NCBI GenBank assembly: GCA_963808165.1
Contig: CAWEET010000023.1
Coordinates: forward strand, 144,447-208,446
Length of the DNA stretch: 64,000 nt
Reading direction: 5' to 3'
Origin: an uncultured Gammaproteobacteria bacterium
GTDB lineage: Bacteria; Pseudomonadota; Gammaproteobacteria; Chromatiales; Chromatiaceae
Shown: in pieces, positions 1-9,134 of the stretch
Layout: each line of letters starts with the position of its first letter
How positions within the stretch are numbered: position 1 is the first letter of the stretch
The notes under the pieces: generated by a model
The model's input: only the letters and a program-made list of their open reading frames with translations
Told to the model about the DNA's origin: nothing
Databases searched by the model: none
Program-made: the position numbers and the translations under genes

Positions 1-1
1 C

Positions 2-274
2 AAGGTGATCGGCCTTTCGAAAATCGCACGCATTGTCGACATGTATGCGCGCCGACTGCAGATTCAGGAAAACCTCACGGTGCAGATCGCCGATGCGATC
101 TGCGAGGTGATCCAGCCAGCCGGCGTCGCGGTCACCATCGAAGCAGAACACCTGTGCATGAAAATGCGCGGAGTGGAGAAACAGAATTCGACCATGAAGA
201 CATCGGTGATGCTCGGCACCTTCCGCGAGTCTCAGGCCACGCGCATGGAATACCTCCAGTTGATAGCCGACTGA
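2..274 (+). CDS. folE: GTP cyclohydrolase IA, C-terminal part (5' end outside window)
   Basis: [22 protein letters not shown] and [12 protein letters not shown] motifs of FolE. Confidence 0.95.
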   Translation, partial: KVIGLSKIARIVDMYARRLQIQENLTVQIADAICEVIQPAGVAVTIEAEHLCMKMRGVEKQNSTMKTSVMLGTFRESQATRMEYLQLIAD

Positions 275-317
275 GGGTATTGGCCCCACTGGGCTTCTGG
301 CCACTCCCCCACCAAAC

Positions 318-851
318 ATGACAGCAAGCAGCCAAGAGATCCAGCAACTGATCGCGGGGCGCATCCGGGAGCTGCTGCTGGCCGCCGCGCCGCTATGCGC
401 ATCGCACCGCGCCCAGCTGCCGGTCCCGAGGATCCGCCTCGATCTCCGCGGGCAGGTCGCAGGGCAGGCGATCTGGCACGCCGTTGGCAAGCCCGAACTT
501 CGCTTCAACATCGATATCGCGCGGCGCTACCGCGACGATTATCTTCAGCACACCGTGGCCCATGAGGTTGCCCATCTGGTCACGGTGGCATGCTTCGGCC
601 GTGTCCGTCCGCATGGTGCCGAGTGGCGTTCGGTGATGCGACACTTCGGCATCGACGACCCGGCGCGCTGTCACGACTACATGCTGGACGAAAGCCGCCT
701 GCAACGACAGCGGCGCTGGGATTACGTGTGCTCCTGCACGCGACACCAGCTCAGCACGACTCGCCACAATCGCGTGCAAGGCAATCGGGCGCGGTACTTC
801 TGCCGGCAATGCGGTGCAGCGCTGGAACCGGCGGAACCCCACGACAATTGA
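318..851 (+). CDS. SprT-like zinc metalloprotease with C-terminal zinc ribbon
   Basis: HEVAH zincin motif, PHGAEW, C-terminal CSC...CRQC. Confidence 0.85.
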   Translation: MTASSQEIQQLIAGRIRELLLAAAPLCASHRAQLPVPRIRLDLRGQVAGQAIWHAVGKPELRFNIDIARRYRDDYLQHTVAHEVAHLVTVACFGRVRPHGAEWRSVMRHFGIDDPARCHDYMLDESRLQRQRRWDYVCSCTRHQLSTTRHNRVQGNRARYFCRQCGAALEPAEPHDN

Positions 852-853
852 GC

Positions 854-870
854 GCGGGACAGGACACTAG
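854..870. repeat. Solo terminal fragment of the MITE at 18071-18339
   Basis: GCGGGACAGGACACTAG identical to 18323-18339. Confidence 0.7.
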
Positions 871-1637
871 AACCTCGCATCAAGCCAGGCATCTACCTCG
901 CTGATCAGCTCACTCTCTTCGCCCTCGAAGAAATGATCTGCGCCATCGACACGCCGTTGCGTGTAGTCGCCACCCGCCTCGGCCGCACGCTCGGCCCGCA
1001 GTGGCGCGCTATCGATAACCTCCGGCAGATCCTCAGCGCCATACAGATCGAGCACAGGCAGGCTCAGCCGGGGCAACCGCGACAGGCTGTCCATCGGTCC
1101 GCCGGGGATCCCGCCGGACATGCCGATAATGACAAGGCCGTCCAATGCTCGATGTTCACCGTCAAGGTAATACACCGCCATGGTCGAACCCTGGCTGTGA
1201 GCAATCAGCACCACGCTGGTGAAGCCCTGCTCGCGCAAATAATCAACCGCGGCATCGATCCGGCCGGGCACCCGATCATAGACCGCGGCGTACTCCGCGT
1301 GCTCGGCCTCGTTGGCCAGGACCGGCATCTGGATCGACAGGGTATGCCAACCGGACTCGGTCAGGCCGACACGCAGCGGCAGCACGACGGTCGGCCAGTT
1401 GGGATGCACCCCGGTCCCATGCATTACAATCGCCGCCTTGCGTGAACCGGCCGCGGTACTCGCAGTCTCCAGCGCAAGAAAGTCAGTCTGTCCGTCATTG
1501 AGATAGACGGCCTCTCCGTCGAGCAACGAATCGACCACCTGATCGGCCCATCGTTTCTCCTTTTCAAGATCGCTGGCATGTGACGCCGCCAAACAGAAAA
1601 CGCAGGCCATCACGACGAAAGACAAAAACGGGCGCAT
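867..1637 (-). CDS. Exported alpha/beta hydrolase (DUF3530-like)
   Basis: Signal peptide, MHGTG, AHSQG nucleophile elbow, GADHFF; start at MRPFLSF. Confidence 0.75.
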   Translation of the reverse strand: MRPFLSFVVMACVFCLAASHASDLEKEKRWADQVVDSLLDGEAVYLNDGQTDFLALETASTAAGSRKAAIVMHGTGVHPNWPTVVLPLRVGLTESGWHTLSIQMPVLANEAEHAEYAAVYDRVPGRIDAAVDYLREQGFTSVVLIAHSQGSTMAVYYLDGEHRALDGLVIIGMSGGIPGGPMDSLSRLPRLSLPVLDLYGAEDLPEVIDSAPLRAERAAEAGGDYTQRRVDGADHFFEGEESELISEVDAWLDARF

Positions 1638-1798
1638 GAAAATATCCTCTTGGTGGACGATCGAGAGTTTAGCCACTCGGCCGGGATCATCGCCAGTGCC
1701 TGAAACAACCGTTTCGCCGCGGTGTCTTTGCCGCTGAGGGGCTCGCCCGTTATCATCGGTGCACTGGTGACCAACGCAGTCGCAGGCACACCCTCATC

Positions 1799-1945
1799 AT
1801 GGAAATCGCCTTACTCGTGGCCCTGTTCCTGATCGGCAGCATTGGCGGTGCGGTGCAGGCGCTCAAGCGTATCGATCGCCGCCGTGGCGGAACCAAAACG
1901 CCCGGTCGCCGAGCGGCCGGCAAGGCCCCGGGCGATGGAGAGTGA
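1799..1945 (+). CDS. Putative 48-aa single-pass membrane peptide
   Basis: MEIALLVALFLIGSIGGAVQALKRIDRRRGG...; hydrophobic N-terminus and basic tail; ends 7 nt before the next gene. Confidence 0.45.
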   Translation: MEIALLVALFLIGSIGGAVQALKRIDRRRGGTKTPGRRAAGKAPGDGE

Positions 1946-1952
1946 CTGAGGT

Positions 1953-2330
1953 ATGCCGATGACGCTTGTATACGACATCATCGAATCTCCCGCACACCCG
2001 GATCTGTCTGGCCTGTGCGAGGCGCTGGGCTACCGTCGACTCGTGTTCAACACGCAACGCAAGGCGATAGGCAGCCTGAAAAGTGCGCCGCCCGACCTGC
2101 TGGTCGCCGATTTCTTCTACGGCTACGGCAACAACTATGCCGGCGCCAATGTCAGCAACCTCGACGTGTTGCTGCATAGCCTGCGGCGCTTTGCGCCCGA
2201 CGCGAGGATCGTGGTGTTGGCAGACAGAGGTCAGATCCGGCACGTCCCCAAGCTGGCTGAACTGTTCCCGCTGCATGCAGTGGTCGGGGTGCCCGCCAGC
2301 GCAGCCGAACTCGAGGCCGCGCTCGGCTGA
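1953..2330 (+). CDS. Hypothetical protein, atypical receiver (CheY-like) domain
   Basis: PPDLLVADF resembles receiver beta3; GAGG RBS. Confidence 0.6.
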   Translation: MPMTLVYDIIESPAHPDLSGLCEALGYRRLVFNTQRKAIGSLKSAPPDLLVADFFYGYGNNYAGANVSNLDVLLHSLRRFAPDARIVVLADRGQIRHVPKLAELFPLHAVVGVPASAAELEAALG

Positions 2331-2409
2331 ACCCAATGGCGCTTGGACAGCGTCGCCGGAACCGTTTGCGACGACTGGCACTCTGTGGTTTTTGCGCTAG
2401 CATTTCGGG

Positions 2410-2931
2410 ATGTCTCTCACCACATGCAAGTTCGGTCCCCGCATCTGCGCAAGCGGTATCCTGTTGAGCCTACTCAGTCCACCCGCAGTGCTGGCGGCAG
2501 TACAGAACCTGGATCCCACAGACTACGCGAGCCACAGGGTGACCTGTGAATCTCCGGTGAGGCTCACCCACGACTGCTCGATCTGGCAGGGTGCAACCCG
2601 GCCCATCGCATTCGCCGATTACCGCATGACCCTGGCGGCTGGCAGGGACGGTCGGACCATACTGATTTCGCAGTTGCGCCACCGTCCGGACCACAATGGC
2701 AACGCATTCCGCAGGCAACCGCGCCGACAAGCCGCGCTCGACGCGGTCCGACACATAGGATCAGCCCTGGAAGACAAAGGCATCCGTCTCGAGCGTATGC
2801 AGGCGGTGCGCCGAGGACGCCGGGTGGCGGGCTATTTCCTCGAATTTTCGGACAATGCCTACGACTATCTGAAAAAGTTCACCGTGCTCGAATCCGAGTA
2901 TTGGCTGCCGTCACGGCATGGCGGGCCCTGA
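2410..2931 (+). CDS. Hypothetical exported protein
   Basis: Signal-peptide-like N-terminus; fits gene spacing. Confidence 0.6.
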   Translation: MSLTTCKFGPRICASGILLSLLSPPAVLAAVQNLDPTDYASHRVTCESPVRLTHDCSIWQGATRPIAFADYRMTLAAGRDGRTILISQLRHRPDHNGNAFRRQPRRQAALDAVRHIGSALEDKGIRLERMQAVRRGRRVAGYFLEFSDNAYDYLKKFTVLESEYWLPSRHGGP

Positions 2932-2936
2932 CGGCG

Positions 2937-3194
2937 ATGTGGTATCTGTATCTGGTGCGCTGCAACGACGGCTCGCTTTACACCGGCATCAGCACCGATG
3001 TCGCACGGCGTATCGAGGCCCACAGCTCGAACCGTGGCGCACGCCGCCTGCGTGGGCGCGGACCGCTTGAGTTGGTCTACTCGCAACCGCTTGGCGATCG
3101 TAGCCAGGCGCAGCGAGTCGAACACCGGGTGAAGCGGCTCAGCAGGGATGCCAAGGAGAGACTGGTGCGTGGCGAATTCGCCCTGCCGGTCTGA
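2937..3194 (+). CDS. GIY-YIG nuclease family protein (UPF0213/YhbQ-like)
   Basis: MWYLYLVRCNDGSLYTGISTDVARRIEAH. Confidence 0.9.
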   Translation: MWYLYLVRCNDGSLYTGISTDVARRIEAHSSNRGARRLRGRGPLELVYSQPLGDRSQAQRVEHRVKRLSRDAKERLVRGEFALPV

Positions 3195-3219
3195 TCTGCT
3201 GGCTGATGACACGAACCGT

Positions 3220-3639
3220 TCAGCCCCCCACCAACCCCAGACCATCACGCAACAAGGCGACACGTTCGGCCAGCGGGCCCGCAGCGTAAGGCAGCGCCGC
3301 GGAATGCCCCCAGACCGGGCCGGGCCACGCCGGGTCCGCCTCGTGACGTACCACGTGATGCAGATGCAGTTGCGGGACCAGGTTACCCAGCGCACCGATA
3401 TTCAGCTTGTCGCCGCCGAAGGCGCGCATCATCAGCTCACCGAGAACACAGGACTCCGCCAGCAGACACTGCCGGTCGACGTCGTCGAGCTGATAGATTT
3501 CGCGCACCGCCACGCGGCGCGGCACCAGGATCGCCCAGGGATAGCGGCTGTCGTTCATCAACAGCACCTGCGACAGGGCGAGATCCCCGACTGGATGACA
3601 GTCTGTTGCAAGCAGCGGGTGCAGTTCGAAGCGTTCCAC
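3220..3639 (-). CDS. HIT family protein
   Basis: KLNIGALGNLVPQLHLHHV histidine triad; DPAWPGPVWG. Confidence 0.9.
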   Translation of the reverse strand: MERFELHPLLATDCHPVGDLALSQVLLMNDSRYPWAILVPRRVAVREIYQLDDVDRQCLLAESCVLGELMMRAFGGDKLNIGALGNLVPQLHLHHVVRHEADPAWPGPVWGHSAALPYAAGPLAERVALLRDGLGLVGG

Positions 3640-3843
3640 CTTGTGCTGGGAATACCTAAAATTGGAGCCGGGTGGCGACAGCGCTTGGCCCTCGCCGGTC
3701 TGCGTGGATAGTGATCAAACGCCCTGCCCCCGTCAACCTTGCGCCTGTTCGATAGCAGCCATTCGCGGCGCTGCCGAAATCCCGTGTGCGCTAAACTCTC
3801 GGACAATGAGACCTTTGCCAGGGGACAGCCCCGGGGAGAAACC

Positions 3844-4137
3844 ATGTCGCCAGATGCCGAAGGGGTCTGTTGGTCGTGCGGGGCCGGGTTGACGGCCGGA
3901 GACTACCAGCGCGAGGGTGAATGCAGGGCCTGCCGCAAACAGACACATGTGTGCCGAAACTGCCGATTCTACGAACCCGGGCGGCCGAACGACTGTCAGG
4001 AGCCGATCGCCGAGCCGGTGCGCGACAAGGACCGGGCAAATTTCTGCGACTATTTCGAACCTTCCGACCAGGCCTACCGGCCCGGCCGCGATGCCGACGC
4101 GCTGAGAAACGCGGCGGACGGGCTATTTGATATTTAA
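3844..4137 (+). CDS. Small Cys-rich putative metal-binding protein
   Basis: CWSC, CRAC, CRNC, C...NFCDYF; GGAGA RBS. Confidence 0.75.
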   Translation: MSPDAEGVCWSCGAGLTAGDYQREGECRACRKQTHVCRNCRFYEPGRPNDCQEPIAEPVRDKDRANFCDYFEPSDQAYRPGRDADALRNAADGLFDI

Positions 4138-4181
4138 TAGTTAACACATAGAACTATGTCGGGGTGGGCTCGACGCTCTGA

Positions 4182-4195
4182 CTGATCTGGATCAA
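4182..4195 (+). promoter_or_regulatory. FNR-type binding site
   Basis: CTGAT-CTGG-ATCAA, 9/10 match to TTGAT-N4-ATCAA; AAGAAT at 4218-4223 sits at class II -10 spacing. Confidence 0.55.
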
Positions 4196-4249
4196 GGTTG
4201 TCCCCGGCAGCCTGGCCAAGAATCGGTGAACGATGCTTGGAGGTTGGCC

Positions 4250-4612
4250 GTGGATGTTACAAGTCTGATCATTACCTTTCTGCTCGCCGGGCTGATGCTG
4301 TACCTGCTGGTCCGCCTGCCGCTTGCGATACTGGGCAACCTGCGCGCCGGCCACCGCTTCCGCGAGGGACTCGCCGGGGTACTGCATGAGTTGCGGCTGT
4401 CGCGCATGCTGAAGTACCTCGGAATCGACCAGGATCAATACCTGCACAAACAGCAGGCGGTCGAAATCCAGCAGCATATGGAACGCTGCGACGCCTGTGA
4501 TGCCAAGTCGCGTTGTGATCAGGTACTTGCAGAAGAGCCTGCGCCCAATGTCGACGCGCTGGGGTTTTGCGCCAATATCGACGATCTCAAGGTATTGCGC
4601 GACGCGCGCTGA
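4250..4612 (+). CDS. Membrane-anchored DUF6455-like Cys-motif protein
   Basis: N-terminal TM helix, RCDACDAKSRC...FCAN; GTG start after GGAGG. Confidence 0.7.
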   Translation: MDVTSLIITFLLAGLMLYLLVRLPLAILGNLRAGHRFREGLAGVLHELRLSRMLKYLGIDQDQYLHKQQAVEIQQHMERCDACDAKSRCDQVLAEEPAPNVDALGFCANIDDLKVLRDAR

Positions 4613-4627
4613 TCCAGAGTCCGCCGA

Positions 4628-5389
4628 TCAGGCGGATCGACGCTGATCGACAGCGGGCCGCTCCCCGGCATCGTTCGGTGCAGCGGGGCTGATACCGATC
4701 TGGCGGTCGGTAAGCGCGATCAGTGCCGCTTCCGCCTCGGCATACAGTTCGCGCACGAAATCCGTACTTGGACCTCGCTGGCGCAGAATGTGCAGTAGTG
4801 TCGTCAGATGCCCGCGGGCACCGGTCATTTTGCCTTCGCTTTCGCAACGCATGGACTGAACCAGATGAAATCTGGCCATGACCTCGGCGCGGCGCTCTCC
4901 AAGTTCCCTGCAGAAGATGACACGCACGTCGCGCGGGATCGGCTGGACGGTTTCGGCCTGTTGGACCACATCGGTGAGCGCGTCCAGTGCCGCGATGGTT
5001 GTGCGAAATGCCCGATCGTCTTCGAGCGGGCCCACGCCACGGTCTGGCCGCGCACCCTCGTCCTGGAGTGCGCGCTCGGCAGTCCGAATGGTCGCAGCAA
5101 TATCCGGGTAGCGCGGGTGCAGCCGCCTGATTTGCTGATAGCGGGCCAGAATCTCCCCGCGCAACGCGACCCTCAGCTCCTGGGACAGCGGCACGCCCGT
5201 CAACTCGGTGAAGCACTGCGAGATGCCATCAATGCGCAACCGGGAGCGTCGCACGGCCGCGCGCACGCGCGCCTGGTGTGCCTGATATCGGTGGACCAGC
5301 GCCGCCATGAAAAGCATGGCGAGCAGCATTCCCATAACCACCAGGGGTACCCCCCATTCTTCCGGCATCGCCAACCCGTCGTCCTCCAC
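4628..5389 (-). CDS. Hypothetical membrane-anchored helical protein
   Basis: N-terminal TM segment; long ORF filling the gap. Confidence 0.65.
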   Translation of the reverse strand: MEDDGLAMPEEWGVPLVVMGMLLAMLFMAALVHRYQAHQARVRAAVRRSRLRIDGISQCFTELTGVPLSQELRVALRGEILARYQQIRRLHPRYPDIAATIRTAERALQDEGARPDRGVGPLEDDRAFRTTIAALDALTDVVQQAETVQPIPRDVRVIFCRELGERRAEVMARFHLVQSMRCESEGKMTGARGHLTTLLHILRQRGPSTDFVRELYAEAEAALIALTDRQIGISPAAPNDAGERPAVDQRRSA

Positions 5390-5593
5390 CGATTTTCGAT
5401 GTACCGAGTAGCGGCAGACGCCACGCGAACCTGACCGGTTTACTGCTGGCAGGTGTCGAAGGAATTTACATACCAGCCACGCCGCCTCGGCAGGAGAAAG
5501 CTATCTCTTTGTAAAATGGCTTATTTTTTACGTAGGCAGGCAAATTGCTTCGAAAATCGGATAATCCACGGAGAACCGGGGCACCTGGTCGCC

Positions 5594-5827
5594 ATGATCA
5601 AGAATCAAAAATCGAGCTGCGTGGCCTTATTGACATGTTTTCCTGCCAGCTTCGCGGTCGCTGCACCAGACGAGGGTGACGGGTTCCGCAACATCGCGGC
5701 GCTGCTGGTATTGGTTGGCATCGGTGTCTTGCTGATGGGCCTGCGGAACCTGCGCGGACTGCGCCACAAACGCCTGATGCACGAACGTCGGCGCCCGGAC
5801 AACCACGCCAAGGACCCGGAAGAGTGA
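5594..5827 (+). CDS. Small hypothetical membrane protein
   Basis: Signal-like and TM segments followed by a basic tail. Confidence 0.45.
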   Translation: MIKNQKSSCVALLTCFPASFAVAAPDEGDGFRNIAALLVLVGIGVLLMGLRNLRGLRHKRLMHERRRPDNHAKDPEE

Positions 5828-5954
5828 AGACCGCAGTGCGCATCAGGGCTCGATCACGCTGGCCGTCGACGGCATTTTCCCGACTACCCGGAGTCACAAT
5901 CGGCAGCTAACCTTTCGATATCGGTCTCCACCCACCGGGGAGTGGGCGCGACAA

Positions 5955-6356
5955 GTGAATCTACTGATATACGCGGTCGTCGGTCTCACGGCCACCTGGC
6001 TTCTCTACATCCTGTACATGCAGGTGGCGACACGGGCGGCCGAGGGCCGCCCGGCTGACCCGCTGTATGCGGCTTTCCCTACGCTCCCCAAGGTGCAAGG
6101 CCGGGCACTGGTGTACTGTTTCAGTCCGCAATGCGCGCCCTGCCGACCGATGTCGGAAGAGGTCGACCAGCTCGCGGCCACTGGTGCCCCGATATTTAAA
6201 CTCGATATCACCCAGCACCCGGAAATCAGCCGTGAAATGGGTATTCGTGCAACACCGACGCTGATCCTGATCGAAGACCGGGTGGTCTCACGCATGTTGC
6301 TCGGGGTTAAGACCGCCGATTACATGCAGGAGCTCATTCACTCGCCGGCGCGCTAA
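5955..6356 (+). CDS. Membrane-anchored thioredoxin family protein
   Basis: FSPQCAPC active site, GIRATPT cis-Pro loop. Confidence 0.85.
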   Translation: MNLLIYAVVGLTATWLLYILYMQVATRAAEGRPADPLYAAFPTLPKVQGRALVYCFSPQCAPCRPMSEEVDQLAATGAPIFKLDITQHPEISREMGIRATPTLILIEDRVVSRMLLGVKTADYMQELIHSPAR

Positions 6357-6400
6357 ACTGCCGATCGGACTGTAACCCGGAGCATGGGGCGTGACCCCCG

Positions 6401-7148
6401 ATGATTAAAGCGCTGGCTCGCGCCCTGTGGTTGTTGCTGGGCTGGACAGAACTGACCCTGTTCACACTCATCCTCTACCTCCTTAGTTATCTGCCGGATA
6501 GCTGGCTCGGGACCCTGGTATCGCCGACTGTTTCAGGCCTGGAGCCGGACCTGGGCACACGCGCTCGGCGTCGATCTGCGCCTGCATCACAAAAACGCCC
6601 ATCCGCTGCCCGAGAGGTTTATCCTGATAGCCAATCACCCGTCCGCGTTCGAGGATGTCGGCATCCCCTCGCTGTTCGATGTCGACAACCTGGCCAAAGA
6701 GGAGGTACGGCAATGGTGGCTGCTCGGCCGCATCAGCGCTGCGGCCGGGACCATCTTCGTCAGGCGCGAATCGCGGGAATCCCGCGCCGAGGCGGCGCAA
6801 CAAATCGAACGGCACCTGGCGGCCGGCCGCAACATCGCACTGTACCCGGAGGGTGGCATAAATGGTCCGCGCTTGCAGCCGGCCTTTCGCTACGGCGCAT
6901 TCGGCGTCTCACTGCAGACCGGCATACCAATCGTACCCGTCTATCTGCATTACGAGGCATTGCACGATTTCCACTGGGGCCGCCACAGTCTGATACAAAA
7001 TATGCGTAATATCATGAACGCCGGAAACAATCGGGCAAACTACTACCTGTTTGACGCGATCGATCCACGACTGTTTCATGACAAGATTGAGTATTGCAAT
7101 CATGTCTATCGGTTGTACGAGGAGTGGCAGAGGCGTTACCTCGGTTGA
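6401..7148 (+). pseudogene. PlsC-like lysophospholipid acyltransferase with +1 frameshift near 6509-6511
   Basis: N-terminus is in the frame of 6401; NHPSAFED and LYPEGG motifs lie in the +1 frame ending at 7148; removing one G joins them. Confidence 0.8.
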
Positions 7149-7159
7149 GACCAGCGCGG

Positions 7160-7588
7160 ATGAACCCAAAGCAGATGAAATTCCCAGACCCGTCAGATAC
7201 CGAAGCGGCCTTCTATGCGGCGTTTCATCGCCTCGATATCGGCCAGATGAAACAGGTCTGGCTGGATTCGGCCGAGGCACGCTGTGTCCACCCGGGCGGT
7301 GGACTGCTGCTGGGAATCGACGCTGTCCTGGCAAGTTGGGGCGAAATCTTCCGTGATAGCCAGCCCCCACAGGTCGAATATCGACTGATCCAGGCCAGCA
7401 CCGACGCGATGCTCGCGGTGCACACGGTCGAGGAAATCGTCAGCAGCGGTTCCGGCCAACGCCGCGCGCGGGTGCTGGCGACCAACGTCTATCGGCTGGT
7501 CGATGGCAATTGGAACATGCTTGCACATCATGCATCCCTGCCACTGGTGGAACCGCCCGCCAAGCAGCATCGGAAGCCGCTGCATTAG
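7160..7588 (+). CDS. NTF2/SnoaL-like protein
   Basis: EAAFYAAF, CVHPGG, ATNVYRLVDGNWNMLAHHAS. Confidence 0.85.
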   Translation: MNPKQMKFPDPSDTEAAFYAAFHRLDIGQMKQVWLDSAEARCVHPGGGLLLGIDAVLASWGEIFRDSQPPQVEYRLIQASTDAMLAVHTVEEIVSSGSGQRRARVLATNVYRLVDGNWNMLAHHASLPLVEPPAKQHRKPLH

Positions 7589-7634
7589 GACGAATGGCAC
7601 ATACTTTGGGAGCGCAAGCGACAAGTGGGCCTGG

Positions 7635-7736
7635 TGATTCCGATCATTTCTTGAGCAAAACGCCGTGAATACATCCCTGTAGGCTCGACGGCGACGTCCA
7701 TGCCGCCGACGTTTTCTCCAGAAACGACCGGAATCA
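7635..7736. repeat. REP/REPIN-like palindromic element
   Basis: Outer arms TGATTCCGATCATTTC..AAAACG / CGTTTT..GAAACGACCGGAATCA; core CGCCGTGAATACATCCCTGTAGGCTCGAC has related copies near 22650-22694 and 40760-40789. Confidence 0.7.
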
Positions 7737-7741
7737 GCCTA

Positions 7742-7895
7742 AGGGCGCCTTACGAAAAACCGAGTTGCGCGCGCGGCACCGGGATGTGCCGCCATTTTCA
7801 ATAACGACAAGCGATTGAAAATGAAGGACAGCGAAAACCGCATTTTTCATTTTTCCGCGGAGCAAAATACCATGGACGGCATTTTTCGAGGTCCC
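7742..7895. mobile_element. Putative MITE
   Basis: Imperfect TIRs GGGCGCCTTACGAAAAA / TTTTTCGAGGTCCC, internal hairpins, non-coding and AT-richer. Confidence 0.5.
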
Positions 7896-8251
7896 GTTGA
7901 GTAAGTGCCATTGGCATTAGGGCCTGTTAACACTATGCACATGCCCAGCGTTGGCTCTGTCAATGAGGCTGTCTATCCCGATGACTGCGTTGCACTCTCG
8001 CTTGTGCACACCAGGTCCACAGTGCGCCTTGTCCGGTGAAAAAAGGACCTCCGTCGATGAGTATCCGCAAAAAGGACCCTAAACGACCCGGGCAAAGGAT
8101 CGAATGCCCAGGGTTGCCCGGCTGCATCGAAAACATACCAACGACGATTTCGATGGATTTAACGACGGCGAGACGCAAGAACCAACGATACGACCCACGA
8201 AGCATTATCAGCGTTTTATAATATGGTTCGGACTCACCGAGGAAAATCGCG

Positions 8252-9097
8252 ATGAAGAAGTGGTTGTTGACAGTTGCTGCCATCACCTTGTTCACCTTCC
8301 GGCCGGCCTCCGCCGACGTGCTGGTCCTGGTGCATGGCTATCTGGGAAGCGCCCAGAGCTGGGCCGAGGCGGGCGCGATGGACCGCCTGCTGCGGCGAGG
8401 TTACAGACATCTTGGCAACTTCGGCTACAGCGCCCAGGGCGTGCTGTCCCAGCCGCTGCAGGCCGGCGGAGCGGAAAAACCCGTCTATACCGTGAGCCTG
8501 CCCTCGCAGGCGCCGGTCGTGGTGCAGGCCGACTGGCTGGCAGCCATGCTGCACGAGGTTCGGAAACGTCACCCCGAAGAGCCGATCAACCTGGCCGCAC
8601 ACTCGGCCGGCGGCGTGGTGGCACGCATGACATTGGTGCGTCACGGCGCGTTGGGTGTCCGGCAACTGATAACGATAGCGGCGCCACATCTGGGCACCGG
8701 CCGGGCCGTGCAGGCCCTGGAAGCAACCGATAACAGCGGCATGTTCGGTTTCGTCAAGAGCTGGTTGGTGCGCCGTGCCACCGGCGATGCCCTGTATGCG
8801 ACCGCGCAGATGAGCCGCGGTCTGCTGTTCGACCTGACGCCCCCGCGGCCGGGAAACCTGCTTTTCTGGCTGAACCAGCAACCGCACCCGGACATCGGCT
8901 ACACCAGTATCATGCGCATCGGCACCATTTATATGCCCGGCGACTTCGTCGTGCCGCCGCCGAGCCAGGACCTCAACCGGGTGCCCGCGCTGGCCGGCCG
9001 CGCCAGGACCTATTCGATGGCGGAGGGCCACCTGTTGACGCCGCTGGACGGCGAACTGATCGGCAATCTGCTCAATGAGACAAGCGCCGCAAGGTAA
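8252..9097 (+). CDS. Exported lipase/alpha-beta hydrolase
   Basis: Signal peptide, LVHGY, AHSAGG, PHLGT. Confidence 0.85.
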   Translation: MKKWLLTVAAITLFTFRPASADVLVLVHGYLGSAQSWAEAGAMDRLLRRGYRHLGNFGYSAQGVLSQPLQAGGAEKPVYTVSLPSQAPVVVQADWLAAMLHEVRKRHPEEPINLAAHSAGGVVARMTLVRHGALGVRQLITIAAPHLGTGRAVQALEATDNSGMFGFVKSWLVRRATGDALYATAQMSRGLLFDLTPPRPGNLLFWLNQQPHPDIGYTSIMRIGTIYMPGDFVVPPPSQDLNRVPALAGRARTYSMAEGHLLTPLDGELIGNLLNETSAAR

Positions 9098-9134
9098 CCG
9101 CGACCACGCGCTGCATCCCAGCGGAGCACTCAAC

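Noticed and set aside
2377-2396. TGGCAC...TTGC as a sigma-54 promoter
   Set aside because: GG-GC spacing is longer than the required 10 nt.
2937-3194. GIY-YIG ORF as a homing endonuclease or mobile element
   Set aside because: Short stand-alone YhbQ-type protein with no intron or DNA-binding extension.
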